This document shows, piece by piece, positions 48,904 to 57,377 of a DNA stretch of 59,223 nucleotides. A program made the translations under genes and the position numbers. The notes beneath the pieces are model-generated. The model worked only from the letters and a program-made list of their open reading frames with translations. It was not told the origin of the DNA and searched no databases. Source of the stretch: a phage; the NCBI GenBank assembly GCA_025276375.1, contig GCA_025276375.1_3645.1, one strand, 5' to 3'. Position 1 is the stretch's first letter, and every line of letters starts with the position of its first letter.

Positions 48904-49269
48904 ATGGAACAAATGAACGATCAAGCGTCGGTTGCGATGAACGAGCAAGAACAACCTCAAGAATTTTTCTTAGGGTTAAGTAAAGATCAAGTGTCTCTTC
49001 TGCTAGTGCTTTCTTCTTTCATGGGAAGACTTCAGGAGCTCACACAACAGCCAGAGGCTGAACAATTATTCCAAGCTTTGCGTGAAGAAGAAAAATATCG
49101 TCGTTTGGACTATGCCTTAGGTTGGGTAGCTCAACAACGAGATATGCTAATGGCCCTCTCTGGGACTACAAGTTTTGCAATGGGCCTGTTAGCTCAAGTT
49201 CAAGACAAATTAATTCAAGCAGGGTTTGCACACACGGCAAACACTAACGAAGAACAAGGAGATAAATAA
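48904..49269 (+). CDS. hypothetical protein (121 aa)
   Basis: GGAG SD. Confidence 0.4.
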   Translation: MEQMNDQASVAMNEQEQPQEFFLGLSKDQVSLLLVLSSFMGRLQELTQQPEAEQLFQALREEEKYRRLDYALGWVAQQRDMLMALSGTTSFAMGLLAQVQDKLIQAGFAHTANTNEEQGDK

Positions 49270-50540
49270 TGAGCGTTATTCAACAATTCGCTAACCCGAT
49301 GAATCCGCGTGAAACTGTTTTACTGGCTCACGGCATGATCAAGCGTGTTAGCATTAAACCTATTAAAGGGGCTGATCCTGCAACAGGTATTAAAACCACC
49401 GTGTGGCAAGGTAAGAAAATTGAATCCAGCCACACTATCTCTTTACTGATTTCTGAACTGGATTCCTCTGATAACCTGCTTCAAGGCGGTGAAGAAGTCT
49501 GGATCAGCATGGGTGATAAGCTGCTTAAACCGGGGCATCAAGACTCTGTCTCTGTTAAGATTGATGACAAGTGGGAAACCGTAACGCCAGGATGGATCGT
49601 AAATATTCCTTTGAAGGCAAACGAGCATAACGGTAAGACCTATTACAAAGGCTCACTGGCTAAGATGGTTAAGCTGGGTGTAGGAGAGGCTCCAGCAGCG
49701 ACTCAGCAGCAAAAACAGCAACAAGGTGCACAATCACAAGGCCAGAAGCAGAAACCTCAGCAGAATGCCAATCAGGACGTTTTACGCATCTATGGTGATG
49801 TGACTCAGATTGTTGGCAACGTGGTTACTGTCAATGACCACAAGATTGGCGAAGGTGCTATGGTTGTCACCGATGAGCAGCTTAAAGATCTGGTGGTAGG
49901 TGGTCGTGTTGCAGCCATTGTTGACAAAGACACCGGAAACATTATCAGTGGTTTCAAAGCCTATCCACCTAAGGCAGAGAACGGCACCCAAGGTTCTGGT
50001 GGCAAGCGTAAATCCTCTTACGACCCTATTGGTGTGGAGACGGGGCATAGCATCAATGCGTTGCAGATCATCCTGGATCGTGGGTTTAAGGTAGACGACC
50101 CACTAGGTGTGGCTAAAGCACTGCACGTAGTCACCATTGAGCTTAAGAAAGAGTATGCTCAAGCCACCAACCGAACTGAAGATGAAGTAGGTGCCAGTGT
50201 CGGTAATGCGGTGTTGAACGCTTGTCGCCGTATTGACAAGAAAACGAAAGTTGATGATTTTGCAGCGGCAATTACTGCAGAAGCAAAAGATGTGTTGACT
50301 AATCTGGCTGAGCCGTTGTACGATTGGATCAAGAACGGTGCTGGGTCAACTGACCATCAAGAACCTCAGGCTGCCAAACAGGAAGCAGCTCCACAGCAAA
50401 ACACTGTAGACGCTCCTCCTGTAAATGATGGGGAAGACGACCCGATGGATCAGAATCCGGCACAGTATGAGTTCTGTGATGACATACCTTTCGCTCCGGT
50501 GGGTTTGCAATATGGCAAAAGCAGAATCCACGCATTGTAA
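49269..50540 (+). CDS. putative ssDNA-binding protein (SSB-like acidic tail with DDIPF motif)
   Basis: Gln-rich linker, acidic C-terminal region containing 'DDIPF' (E. coli SSB ends DDDIPF); next to replication genes; no fold evidence. Confidence 0.35.
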   Translation: MSVIQQFANPMNPRETVLLAHGMIKRVSIKPIKGADPATGIKTTVWQGKKIESSHTISLLISELDSSDNLLQGGEEVWISMGDKLLKPGHQDSVSVKIDDKWETVTPGWIVNIPLKANEHNGKTYYKGSLAKMVKLGVGEAPAATQQQKQQQGAQSQGQKQKPQQNANQDVLRIYGDVTQIVGNVVTVNDHKIGEGAMVVTDEQLKDLVVGGRVAAIVDKDTGNIISGFKAYPPKAENGTQGSGGKRKSSYDPIGVETGHSINALQIILDRGFKVDDPLGVAKALHVVTIELKKEYAQATNRTEDEVGASVGNAVLNACRRIDKKTKVDDFAAAITAEAKDVLTNLAEPLYDWIKNGAGSTDHQEPQAAKQEAAPQQNTVDAPPVNDGEDDPMDQNPAQYEFCDDIPFAPVGLQYGKSRIHAL

Positions 50541-51135
50541 GAGGTGCATCAAGTGCGGAGAGGTGAAAAACCTCTCCGAGTTCTACAAACACCCAAAGAT
50601 GTCTGACGGTCATCTTAATAAGTGCAAAGAGTGTTGCAAGAAGGCCAGCAGGGAGGCTGACCAATTTTCCCACGACTCTTCAGAAAAAGGTGTAATACGC
50701 GTGCTGTACAAGGCTCAAAAGTGCAACAGCAAGCAAAGAGGCCACCCTCCTCCGACTTACACCAAAAAAGAGTTTAAGGAGTGGCTATACCTGAACGGTT
50801 ACAAAGAGTTGTATGATCAGTGGGTAGCCAGCGGATACGACAAAAGGAAAAAGCCTTCTTGTGACAGGATAGACGATTTCAAAGGGTACTCTTTTGATAA
50901 TATCCGTTTAACGACCTGGGGAGAAAATAAAGACAAGCAGACGGAGGATATTCTATTGCATAGAAGCACCAGCGGTAGACGGTGTAAAAATGTAAGGAGG
51001 CTGGACATGAATGGAAACGTTCTTAAAGAATGGGTATCCCACAATTCTTGTAGAAGAGAAACCGGAATATGTGTTGATTACTACATTCATGAAAAAATTC
51101 CAGCCCCCGATGGATACCTCTACGAATACTTTTAA
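50512..51135 (+). CDS. zinc-ribbon / degenerate HNH-like protein
   Basis: ATG 50512 overlapping upstream gene; '[16 protein letters not shown]...CKEC' zinc ribbon; '[23 protein letters not shown]' HNH-like core lacking the first His. Confidence 0.4.
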   Translation: MAKAESTHCKRCIKCGEVKNLSEFYKHPKMSDGHLNKCKECCKKASREADQFSHDSSEKGVIRVLYKAQKCNSKQRGHPPPTYTKKEFKEWLYLNGYKELYDQWVASGYDKRKKPSCDRIDDFKGYSFDNIRLTTWGENKDKQTEDILLHRSTSGRRCKNVRRLDMNGNVLKEWVSHNSCRRETGICVDYYIHEKIPAPDGYLYEYF

Positions 51136-51150
51136 CATCTAGTTAACATA

Positions 51151-51178
51151 GCCCTGCCCGAAAGGGTGGGGCATTTTT
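51151..51178 (+). terminator. intrinsic terminator, second copy of GCCCUGCCC-GAAA-GGGUGGGGC hairpin
   Basis: stem-loop identical to 39510-39531, followed by ATTTTTG. Confidence 0.7.
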
Positions 51179-51197
51179 GTATAAGGAGATCTGAAAA

Positions 51198-51614
51198 ATG
51201 ACATTAGAAGATATCATTGTTAAACCTGAGAACTATGACCAATACAACCTGTCAACTCAATCTGTAGACCTTGGATGCGCCACGGTCAGTGCGTGGCTGG
51301 TTAACGGAAAAGAGCTAGATAAATGCTTAGAAGCTCACATGTCTATTAACAAGTTTCTGGATGAAAATACTCACTGGCTTGAGGGTGCAGGAGTATATGC
51401 TTCATGGTTGGAGAGTATGGGATTTGACTACCAATCTGAAGAAGGGTGGTGGAGCTATTTAGCTATCTGCCCCGAGACGCTGCAATGCTTCATGAAATAT
51501 TCTGAAGATTTGGAGTACCGGGCGGTGGTTGATAGTGCTATTGCCCGTTATAGCCGTAAACCTTTTTCCCACGACATTAAAACTGTGGAAGAATTTGTTG
51601 AAGTTTTCTGTTGA
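51198..51614 (+). CDS. hypothetical protein (138 aa)
   Basis: AAGGAG SD. Confidence 0.45.
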   Translation: MTLEDIIVKPENYDQYNLSTQSVDLGCATVSAWLVNGKELDKCLEAHMSINKFLDENTHWLEGAGVYASWLESMGFDYQSEEGWWSYLAICPETLQCFMKYSEDLEYRAVVDSAIARYSRKPFSHDIKTVEEFVEVFC

Positions 51615-51710
51615 CACAGGTTGAAAGGTGTGCAATTATAACTTCATATAACGGGAGGACGCGATGAACGAAGAAAACTGGGATGTATAACTAACAGGAG
51701 GCCACTGCCC

Positions 51711-51908
51711 ATGATTTATCGAATCCGTGTAAGAGAAGATGCACCAGGCTGTTACTTTGACTGGCGTGGGTGGTGGTTTCTCCACCCAATGGATGGACTC
51801 ACAGATAGAATGCTGGATGCTGCCCTTTATACAGATACCGATATAGAATATAATCTCTATCTGAAGGACGGTATAGATAACGGCCTATTTGAAGCAATTC
51901 CTGTGTAA
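51711..51908 (+). CDS. hypothetical small protein (65 aa)
   Basis: AGGAGG SD. Confidence 0.45.
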   Translation: MIYRIRVREDAPGCYFDWRGWWFLHPMDGLTDRMLDAALYTDTDIEYNLYLKDGIDNGLFEAIPV

Positions 51909-51976
51909 GAGGCTGTGATAGCTATGTTTTATGATCTTCCTGTAGCACCACCACCTGTTGAACCCGGAGAACTAAG

Positions 51977-52402
51977 ATGATCTATGAAATGCCAAAACTG
52001 ATTCGCGACGATGCCCAAAACGCTCACACCATTATTATGGGCAAACGCATGGATATTATTTGTCATAGAGATTTCTGGGAAGGAAGTTACTTCACAGAGT
52101 ATTTTGGTAAACTGGACAATGGTCTGCTGATCCAGTTCTACACCGATGCGGAAAACAACATTCACTGGGAGTTCGAAACTGAAGATATTCATAAACTTTT
52201 CACCTTCCTCGGTATTAAGGTTGAGGCCAAGTTTGAAGAAGGCGAGTGCGACGATTGTGGATTCTACGAGGTAACAGATTTCTATCTCCCAAGTGGTGAG
52301 AACCTTTACTATGAAAGCCACTTCGGCAACTCAAATATGCCACAAGGTTGGGATGAGTTTTTTGAAATTGCGGAAGAGGAGCTGGCATACCGTGATTATT
52401 GA
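51977..52402 (+). CDS. hypothetical protein (141 aa)
   Basis: GGAG SD. Confidence 0.4.
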   Translation: MIYEMPKLIRDDAQNAHTIIMGKRMDIICHRDFWEGSYFTEYFGKLDNGLLIQFYTDAENNIHWEFETEDIHKLFTFLGIKVEAKFEEGECDDCGFYEVTDFYLPSGENLYYESHFGNSNMPQGWDEFFEIAEEELAYRDY

Positions 52403-52850
52403 TACTGTAGAGGGAGATTTAATCTCCCTTTTTAAGAGCGGTGCTGGTCACCTGATCCACGGTTGTAACTGCTTCCACACAATGGGCAAGGGGATAGCAA
52501 AACAGATTGCCCGTGAGTTCCCTCAAGCACTGGCAGCTGACAAAGAGACCAGACACGGTTGCCTAAGTAAACTGGGTGCGTTCTCCCGATGGGAGCACTT
52601 ATCTCCGAGAGGTATTGTCTACGGAATCAATCTGTATACTCAGTTCTACCCAGGACCTAATGCTGAATATTTCTCAATCCTGAAAGGCTTTGAGCTAGTC
52701 AATGAGGTATTCAGTGGATCGACTTTACCATTCTACATCCCTAAGATCGGGTGCGGCATAGGCGGTTTGAAGTGGGAGCACGTAGAGGACGTTATTAACC
52801 TTGCCACTTTTGATATGAATATTATCGTGGTGGAGTACAAAAAGTGTTGA
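52392..52850 (+). CDS. macro-domain-like protein (putative ADP-ribose binding/processing)
   Basis: 'GDLISLFKSGAGHLIHGCNCFHTMGKGIAKQIAREFP' and 'PKIGCGIGGL' match the two macro-domain glycine-rich motifs in the right order; GTG start after GAGGAG (uncertain). Confidence 0.45.
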   Translation: MIIDTVEGDLISLFKSGAGHLIHGCNCFHTMGKGIAKQIAREFPQALAADKETRHGCLSKLGAFSRWEHLSPRGIVYGINLYTQFYPGPNAEYFSILKGFELVNEVFSGSTLPFYIPKIGCGIGGLKWEHVEDVINLATFDMNIIVVEYKKC

Positions 52851-52875
52851 CAGCGGGTTTTTGAGATGGTATAGT
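52847..52875 (+). promoter_or_regulatory. sigma70-like promoter TTGACA-N17-TATAGT
   Basis: -35 at 52847-52852, -10 at 52870-52875. Confidence 0.6.
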
Positions 52876-52903
52876 CACCACAACGATTGAGAGAGGGAGC
52901 ACT

Positions 52904-53074
52904 ATGGAGACTAAAATCTTAATTCTGGCTGTGATAGATACAACCGAAGGGGCTGTGTTCGAATCTGCAGGAGGGTATTTCTACCTACCCTACGGAAAAA
53001 GAACTGCTGAACCAGGTAAAGATTCAATCATCAAAGTGTTCCCGTGTGCTTTCTGGCTGGAGATTTTGGTATAA
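52904..53074 (+). CDS. small ORF (56 aa), not in supplied ORF track
   Basis: hand-translated METKILILAVIDTTEGAVFE...; GAGAGGGAG SD; directly downstream of promoter 52847. Confidence 0.35.
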   Translation: METKILILAVIDTTEGAVFESAGGYFYLPYGKRTAEPGKDSIIKVFPCAFWLEILV

Positions 53075-53100
53075 GATTGCAGAGGATTTGGGAGAGAATT

Positions 53101-53295
53101 ATGAGAAACAAGAGAGAGCTTTACTCTGGCGAGTGGATAAACGATCAACAGGTTGGAGAGGTAACCTGCTTCCGGTGTTTTACTCGGTACAATCTTAAAA
53201 CTGCACCAAAAAGTGTTCCAAAGACTGATGGTTATTACATAAAAGAGCCTCATTGCCCGAAATGTAAATGCCGAGTATACTGGAGTAACCTGTAA
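53101..53295 (+). CDS. small zinc-ribbon protein (64 aa)
   Basis: ATG 53101 after GGAGAG; 'CFRC...CPKCKC'. Confidence 0.4.
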   Translation: MRNKRELYSGEWINDQQVGEVTCFRCFTRYNLKTAPKSVPKTDGYYIKEPHCPKCKCRVYWSNL

Positions 53296-53299
53296 AAGA

Positions 53300-53327
53300 T
53301 TGACATCTGAAAACTACAGTGTATAAT
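53300..53327 (+). promoter_or_regulatory. sigma70-like promoter TTGACA-N16-TATAAT
   Basis: -35 at 53300-53305, -10 at 53322-53327. Confidence 0.6.
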
Positions 53328-53358
53328 ATACGCACAGACTAACAGAGAGCGACGTATT

Positions 53359-53550
53359 ATGGTAATTTTTAACCGGGATGGCATCATAGTTAGACAGCAC
53401 CCCTTCCTTGAATACTATCAAATTGAGCAATGGTGCTACGGAGATTGCAGTCACTCCTATGGGCAAAGTTGGGGATATCGCACAGTTTTTGAATCAACAG
53501 ACCTTGACAAAGTAAGACAGAAAGTTTTAGAACTTATTAACAACAAGTGA
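53359..53550 (+). CDS. hypothetical small protein (63 aa)
   Basis: ATG downstream of promoter 53300. Confidence 0.4.
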   Translation: MVIFNRDGIIVRQHPFLEYYQIEQWCYGDCSHSYGQSWGYRTVFESTDLDKVRQKVLELINNK

Positions 53551-53560
53551 GTATCGTGCC

Positions 53561-53893
53561 ATGGTAACATTGGAAAGACGTAAAGCTATCGCCGCCACAC
53601 TGGCAGACATCTTTTGGGATTGCAACTTAAAAGATACCCGAAATTGTGGCGCATCTGTAGATGTATTATTCCCACGGCCCACCATTGTTGCAATGGGAAA
53701 CCTGTTAAACGTAGTGTACGGAGCATGGGACAAAGAAGGTGGATTCTATATCTGGCAACCTGACTACGGAGCCTGGAAAGAGGTAAGGGGTGCGGATGAC
53801 TTTGGGCCTACAGTTGCTAAGATGGATGGCTGGGAAATTTATGTTGGAAACGACATGAAGCTGAAAGGAGAGATTGTTTACTGGTTACCTTAA
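53561..53893 (+). CDS. hypothetical protein (110 aa)
   Basis: ORF with ATG. Confidence 0.4.
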   Translation: MVTLERRKAIAATLADIFWDCNLKDTRNCGASVDVLFPRPTIVAMGNLLNVVYGAWDKEGGFYIWQPDYGAWKEVRGADDFGPTVAKMDGWEIYVGNDMKLKGEIVYWLP

Positions 53894-53913
53894 GAAAGTG
53901 CAGGAGATAAAGT

Positions 53914-54159
53914 ATGAACAAAGGGTGGACATTTGTAGACGGCGTTAAAAACATGCCTCTAGGAAAGTATATCGTAGCCATGGCTGATGAGGATGGCAAT
54001 GTAGATTTCGGAGCTTGCGAGGTTGTTCTTGCAGGATCTGGTAACTATGTGAGTAAAACCGGGATAATTAACGGTCAGTTCTACTTTGATCACAACCCTG
54101 TTGTAGCGTATATGGCTATGCCAGAGTTCAAGTTCCCAAAGGAGGGTGCAGATGTTTAA
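53914..54159 (+). CDS. hypothetical small protein (81 aa)
   Basis: AGGAG SD. Confidence 0.45.
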   Translation: MNKGWTFVDGVKNMPLGKYIVAMADEDGNVDFGACEVVLAGSGNYVSKTGIINGQFYFDHNPVVAYMAMPEFKFPKEGADV

Positions 54160-54349
54160 GCTTAAATCTGCATGGAACATCGCTGTAGGGGACGAGATCC
54201 GTATCCCAGGTGGAAAGACCATTATGAAGATATCTCGTATTGAGTACGAAGGTGACCGTGTATTCCACATCTTCGCAGAAGATGGTCGAGAAATTTATAT
54301 ACAGGCAGGTTCTCACATCTATATCCGTAAGAAAGGGGACGACAAATGA
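54152..54349 (+). CDS. hypothetical small protein (65 aa)
   Basis: ATG 54152 after AAGGAGGG. Confidence 0.4.
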   Translation: MFKLKSAWNIAVGDEIRIPGGKTIMKISRIEYEGDRVFHIFAEDGREIYIQAGSHIYIRKKGDDK

Positions 54350-54675
54350 CAGAGATCATCATTTCAACTGCAGGGTATGTGTTCCTGACAATCATTGCAC
54401 TGACTATTTTGGTGACAGTGTATGGGTTTGTTATCCTTCCTATCCTTGAGACATTTAGTTTGTGTCGGTGTTGGAGAAAAGCTTACGGTCCACAACCATG
54501 GAAGGACTGGCCCCACCTGTTACGCATAGCGTTCTCTTATGCTTACGATCACTCCAGTAGTGCATGCATAACCGGATACCACGCCCACAACTGGAGCTGG
54601 GAAGGATTGAGGAAATGGAATGTTACAAAGACCATACCTCTACGCATGTACAAACCTAAAAACAAAGACAGCTGA
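54346..54675 (+). CDS. small membrane protein (109 aa)
   Basis: AAAGGGGA SD; hydrophobic helix 'GYVFLTIIALTILVTVYGFVILPIL'. Confidence 0.45.
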   Translation: MTEIIISTAGYVFLTIIALTILVTVYGFVILPILETFSLCRCWRKAYGPQPWKDWPHLLRIAFSYAYDHSSSACITGYHAHNWSWEGLRKWNVTKTIPLRMYKPKNKDS

Positions 54676-54987
54676 TACTTGAAAATTCCTGGCATATCAA
54701 GTGTAAGGGGGATTTCTAAAATGGATTTCCTCCTTTTGATATTTCACCGGGCTGGATATTTTAAAATTCTTAGAAAATCAGAAAATGGATCGAAAACTAA
54801 AATGGATTTTTCAGAGTAGGCGCGACAAGCTGAATAACTCATCCTATCGTTTGCACCATATTCCAGGCCACCATTATAGATTTCCCACACATGCTAACCT
54901 CCCTCTACTAGAACTTCCTCCACTTGCCCTTAACCTTCTATGGTAACAATCTAACCACTATCTTGAAGTTGCGGTGCAGCTTTCCAA

Positions 54988-55116
54988 GTACTCGATCTAC
55001 TTTTCATTTCATGGCTTGGATTTTCTGAAAATTTTTCTCGATAAATTTCTCAGTACTCGATCTGTTTTTCGTTTTCTGAATCGGATTTTCTGGAAATCGT
55101 TCCGGATCTCGACCTG
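54988..55116 (+). repeat. tandem direct repeat, two ~64-bp units (AGTACTCGATCT...GGATTTTCTG...)
   Basis: unit 1 at 54988-55051, unit 2 at 55052-55116, roughly 75 percent identical by eye. Confidence 0.6.
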
Positions 55117-55277
55117 AAATTTTTGGGGACGAAATCGATTTTTCGTTTTCAGAAATGGATTTTTAAAATTTCTATATGGGAATATTTTATGGTATACTGT
55201 TTTATAGGAAATTGTTACGGAGGGTAATTAGCATGCTAATTAAATTTATTAAATGCGAGGAGTTCTCATTTAGAATT

Positions 55278-55296
55278 TTGAATGATAATCATTCTC
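55278..55296. promoter_or_regulatory. Fur-box-like palindrome, site 1 (TTGAATGATAATCATTCTC)
   Basis: 15/19 match to GATAATGATAATCATTATC; core AATGAT-A-ATCATT is a perfect inverted repeat. Confidence 0.45.
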
Positions 55297-55413
55297 GTTT
55301 GCAGAATAACGGGCAGGCCCGGTGATTGTCTCCCGGCCCCTGTTGCCCCGGCTTGTTATTATAGTATCACACAGGACAAAGAAAGCAAGGATTTTTTGCA
55401 TAAATTTTTAAAT

Positions 55414-55432
55414 GATAATGATAACCGTTCTC
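55414..55432. promoter_or_regulatory. Fur-box-like palindrome, site 2 (GATAATGATAACCGTTCTC)
   Basis: 16/19 match to the Fur-box consensus; followed by sequence related to that after site 1. Confidence 0.4.
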
Positions 55433-55869
55433 ATTTTATGCAGCGCCCATCCCCGGTGGTTGTCTCCCCCGTCACCGGTGCCTGCCGTCCTTTCGATAGG
55501 TATATTGTGCCACCTGGCGGGGCCGCTGTCAACACTTTTCAAAAAATTTTTCTAACCTGATGCGCTAACCGCTGCAACCTGGCGGGGCCAGCCTGGCAGT
55601 ACCTAACTGACCAGGTAGGAGAGAATGAAGGCTTGTAAACCTGGTGGGCCTATGCTATAGGACAGGTAACAATTGAAGAGGAGGTACAAAAATAAAAGGT
55701 AATATGATCCCCTGGAAAATGTAGCTATTAATGACGCTGAGGCTATCGCCCTGGTAGAAAAGGCCATGGCGGGAGCGTTGGAACATAAAGAAGAGTACGA
55801 AAAAATGATGGTTAACCTGGCAGGGCGGCGGCAGGTGGATTCTATCATAAAAATAATTTAAAATAATTG

Positions 55870-55897
55870 TTGACAACCGGGGGAGTCCTGCTATTCT
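55870..55897 (+). promoter_or_regulatory. sigma70-like promoter TTGACA-N16-TATTCT
   Basis: -35 at 55870-55875; upstream of gene 55950. Confidence 0.45.
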
Positions 55898-55949
55898 TAC
55901 CCTACAAGGTGAACAACACCGCACTAACTAGTAAAGAGGATAAAAAATC

Positions 55950-56147
55950 ATGAACGCATACGGAATCAAAGTACGTCGCAACACTCGCCAGGCGGTCACC
56001 GATCAAGTGGTTTGCCTGGTGGATGTAACCATCAACAACGGGCAAGGCCTTTATAAATTTCGTCGCGGTCATAGCTATACCCTGCAACAGCTTAATCGTT
56101 GCGCCCTGACAAAAGGTCAGATCAATCACTGGTTTAATAAAAAATAA
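55950..56147 (+). CDS. hypothetical early protein (65 aa)
   Basis: AAAGAGGA SD. Confidence 0.45.
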   Translation: MNAYGIKVRRNTRQAVTDQVVCLVDVTINNGQGLYKFRRGHSYTLQQLNRCALTKGQINHWFNKK

Positions 56148-56150
56148 GTA

Positions 56151-56179
56151 TTGACATACGCCCCGACACAAAATATACT
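56151..56179 (+). promoter_or_regulatory. sigma70-like promoter TTGACA-N17-TATACT
   Basis: -35 at 56151-56156, -10 at 56174-56179. Confidence 0.65.
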
Positions 56180-56211
56180 GAAATCACAAAAGACACTAAG
56201 AGGATAAAATC

Positions 56212-56610
56212 ATGAAAACCACAACCTTTAATTTTGACAATGCCGACTTCTCTTTTTCTGATGTCAAGAACTGCCGCCGTGATCGTGGATTTTACAAGGC
56301 TTATAATCTGGTTGGCCTGGACGATGATAATAATTTGCACGAAGTAGCTGAGATCCGGTATTATGCCGCCGCCAGTGGGAACACTCATTATTGCGTTTTT
56401 TGGATACACGACAACAAGAACAATAAGTACGGTTATACTGGTGGCAAAGCGAGCGGTCACGGTTATGATAAGGCCAATGCAGCACTTGAAAGCGCGTTAA
56501 ATGCTATGGGGATCACTGCCAACGGCTGGATCTATGAAGAAGAGTTTTTGTCGGCACTTGCTGATCATCTAGGCTATAAAAAGCACATTGTAACATGCGC
56601 CCACGAATAA
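56212..56610 (+). CDS. hypothetical early protein (132 aa)
   Basis: AAGAGGA SD. Confidence 0.45.
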   Translation: MKTTTFNFDNADFSFSDVKNCRRDRGFYKAYNLVGLDDDNNLHEVAEIRYYAAASGNTHYCVFWIHDNKNNKYGYTGGKASGHGYDKANAALESALNAMGITANGWIYEEEFLSALADHLGYKKHIVTCAHE

Positions 56611-56616
56611 AAATCA

Positions 56617-56644
56617 TTGACACGCTGCAAAATTCAAGTAAACT
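56617..56644 (+). promoter_or_regulatory. sigma70-like promoter TTGACA-N16-TAAACT followed by 5'UTR hairpin GGCGGGA/TCCCGCC
   Basis: -35 at 56617-56622, -10 at 56639-56644; leader hairpin at 56655-56673. Confidence 0.55.
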
Positions 56645-56692
56645 AGGCACAAAAGGCGGGAATGTTTCCCGCCAACACGAAGGAAAAAGATC

Positions 56693-57097
56693 ATGAATAA
56701 GAACGTACGCCGTATCATGAACGAACTGGCAAACGATGAAAAAATTATTGACATGCATTTAGTCAACATTTGCCGCCGTTGTGTAACATATAACAACCGC
56801 GCCGCAAAAGCGCGTGGGATGAACGCAAAAGGCACCTTAAAGCCCTTCCAGGTGGTGGTAAAGGCCATTAAAGATGTAACTAATACAGCAAACCAGGTAC
56901 AGGGGAACACCAACGAGAGTACCAATATTGATCCGGCTTACATCATGAAACGGATCCGGACCTGCAAGAACAAAGAGCAAGTGTATAACGTCATAGACTG
57001 GTTGGATTCTATGGGCGACGTGGTGTACAATAGGTTTTCTGCAGCTATCGAGATCCAGCTTGACAGGTTGGACGGGAAAGTACTGAAAACTTATTAA
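56693..57097 (+). CDS. hypothetical early protein (134 aa)
   Basis: AAGGAAAAAG SD. Confidence 0.45.
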   Translation: MNKNVRRIMNELANDEKIIDMHLVNICRRCVTYNNRAAKARGMNAKGTLKPFQVVVKAIKDVTNTANQVQGNTNESTNIDPAYIMKRIRTCKNKEQVYNVIDWLDSMGDVVYNRFSAAIEIQLDRLDGKVLKTY

Positions 57098-57098
57098 G

Positions 57099-57144
57099 TT
57101 TATTTTCAGATGGCCTTGACTCCAGGGCCATCAATAAAGTAAAC
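57099..57144 (+). repeat. 46-nt repeated hairpin element, copy 1 (TTTATTTTCAGATGGCCTTGACTCCAGGGCCATCAATAAAGTAAAC)
   Basis: identical to 57722-57767; 6-bp stem ATGGCC/GGCCAT with 10-nt loop; begins 2 nt after a stop codon. Confidence 0.7.
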
Positions 57145-57178
57145 TAGTCTCAACTAAGCGAAAAAAGGGGGCTTTAAG

Positions 57179-57298
57179 ATGAGCACTGCACGCCAATACA
57201 CAAAGGTAACTATTATCGTTTGCGTTGTCGGTTACATCCTGGCGCAAATGTTAATGAGTAGCGCCAACAGTTTTGCAAAATTTTTCTTAAATTTTTAA
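57179..57298 (+). CDS. small hydrophobic ORF (39 aa), not in supplied ORF track
   Basis: hand-translated MSTARQYTKVTIIVCVVGYILAQMLMSSANSFAKFFLNF; AAGGGGG SD at 7-8 nt. Confidence 0.3.
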   Translation: MSTARQYTKVTIIVCVVGYILAQMLMSSANSFAKFFLNF

Positions 57299-57326
57299 TT
57301 GACAAGCTAACCCAAATCGGTATACT
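57299..57326 (+). promoter_or_regulatory. sigma70-like promoter TTGACA-N16-TATACT
   Basis: -35 at 57299-57304, -10 at 57321-57326; TATACTTAAACAC shared with promoter 59137. Confidence 0.65.
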
Positions 57327-57377
57327 TAAACACGTAAACGGGAAAACTTCCCAGAACACACAAAAGGAGAAAACACC

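Noticed and set aside
52940-52965. tRNA-like T-loop string GTGTTCGAATCT
   Set aside because: Flanking bases cannot form a T-stem or cloverleaf and the site is inside an SD-led small ORF; no tRNA genes are called in this window.
55282-55560. 92-aa plus-strand ORF, and minus-strand ORFs 55603-55848 and 55655-55924, in the noncoding region
   Set aside because: Non-ATG or unsupported starts without SD, overlapping repeats and Fur-box-like palindromes; Pro/Gly-rich translations look like read-through of GC-rich elements.
57111-57132. TTGACT in the loop of the 46-nt repeated hairpin as a promoter -35
   Set aside because: No acceptable -10 hexamer at 16-18 nt spacing in either copy; more likely an RNA or DNA structural element.
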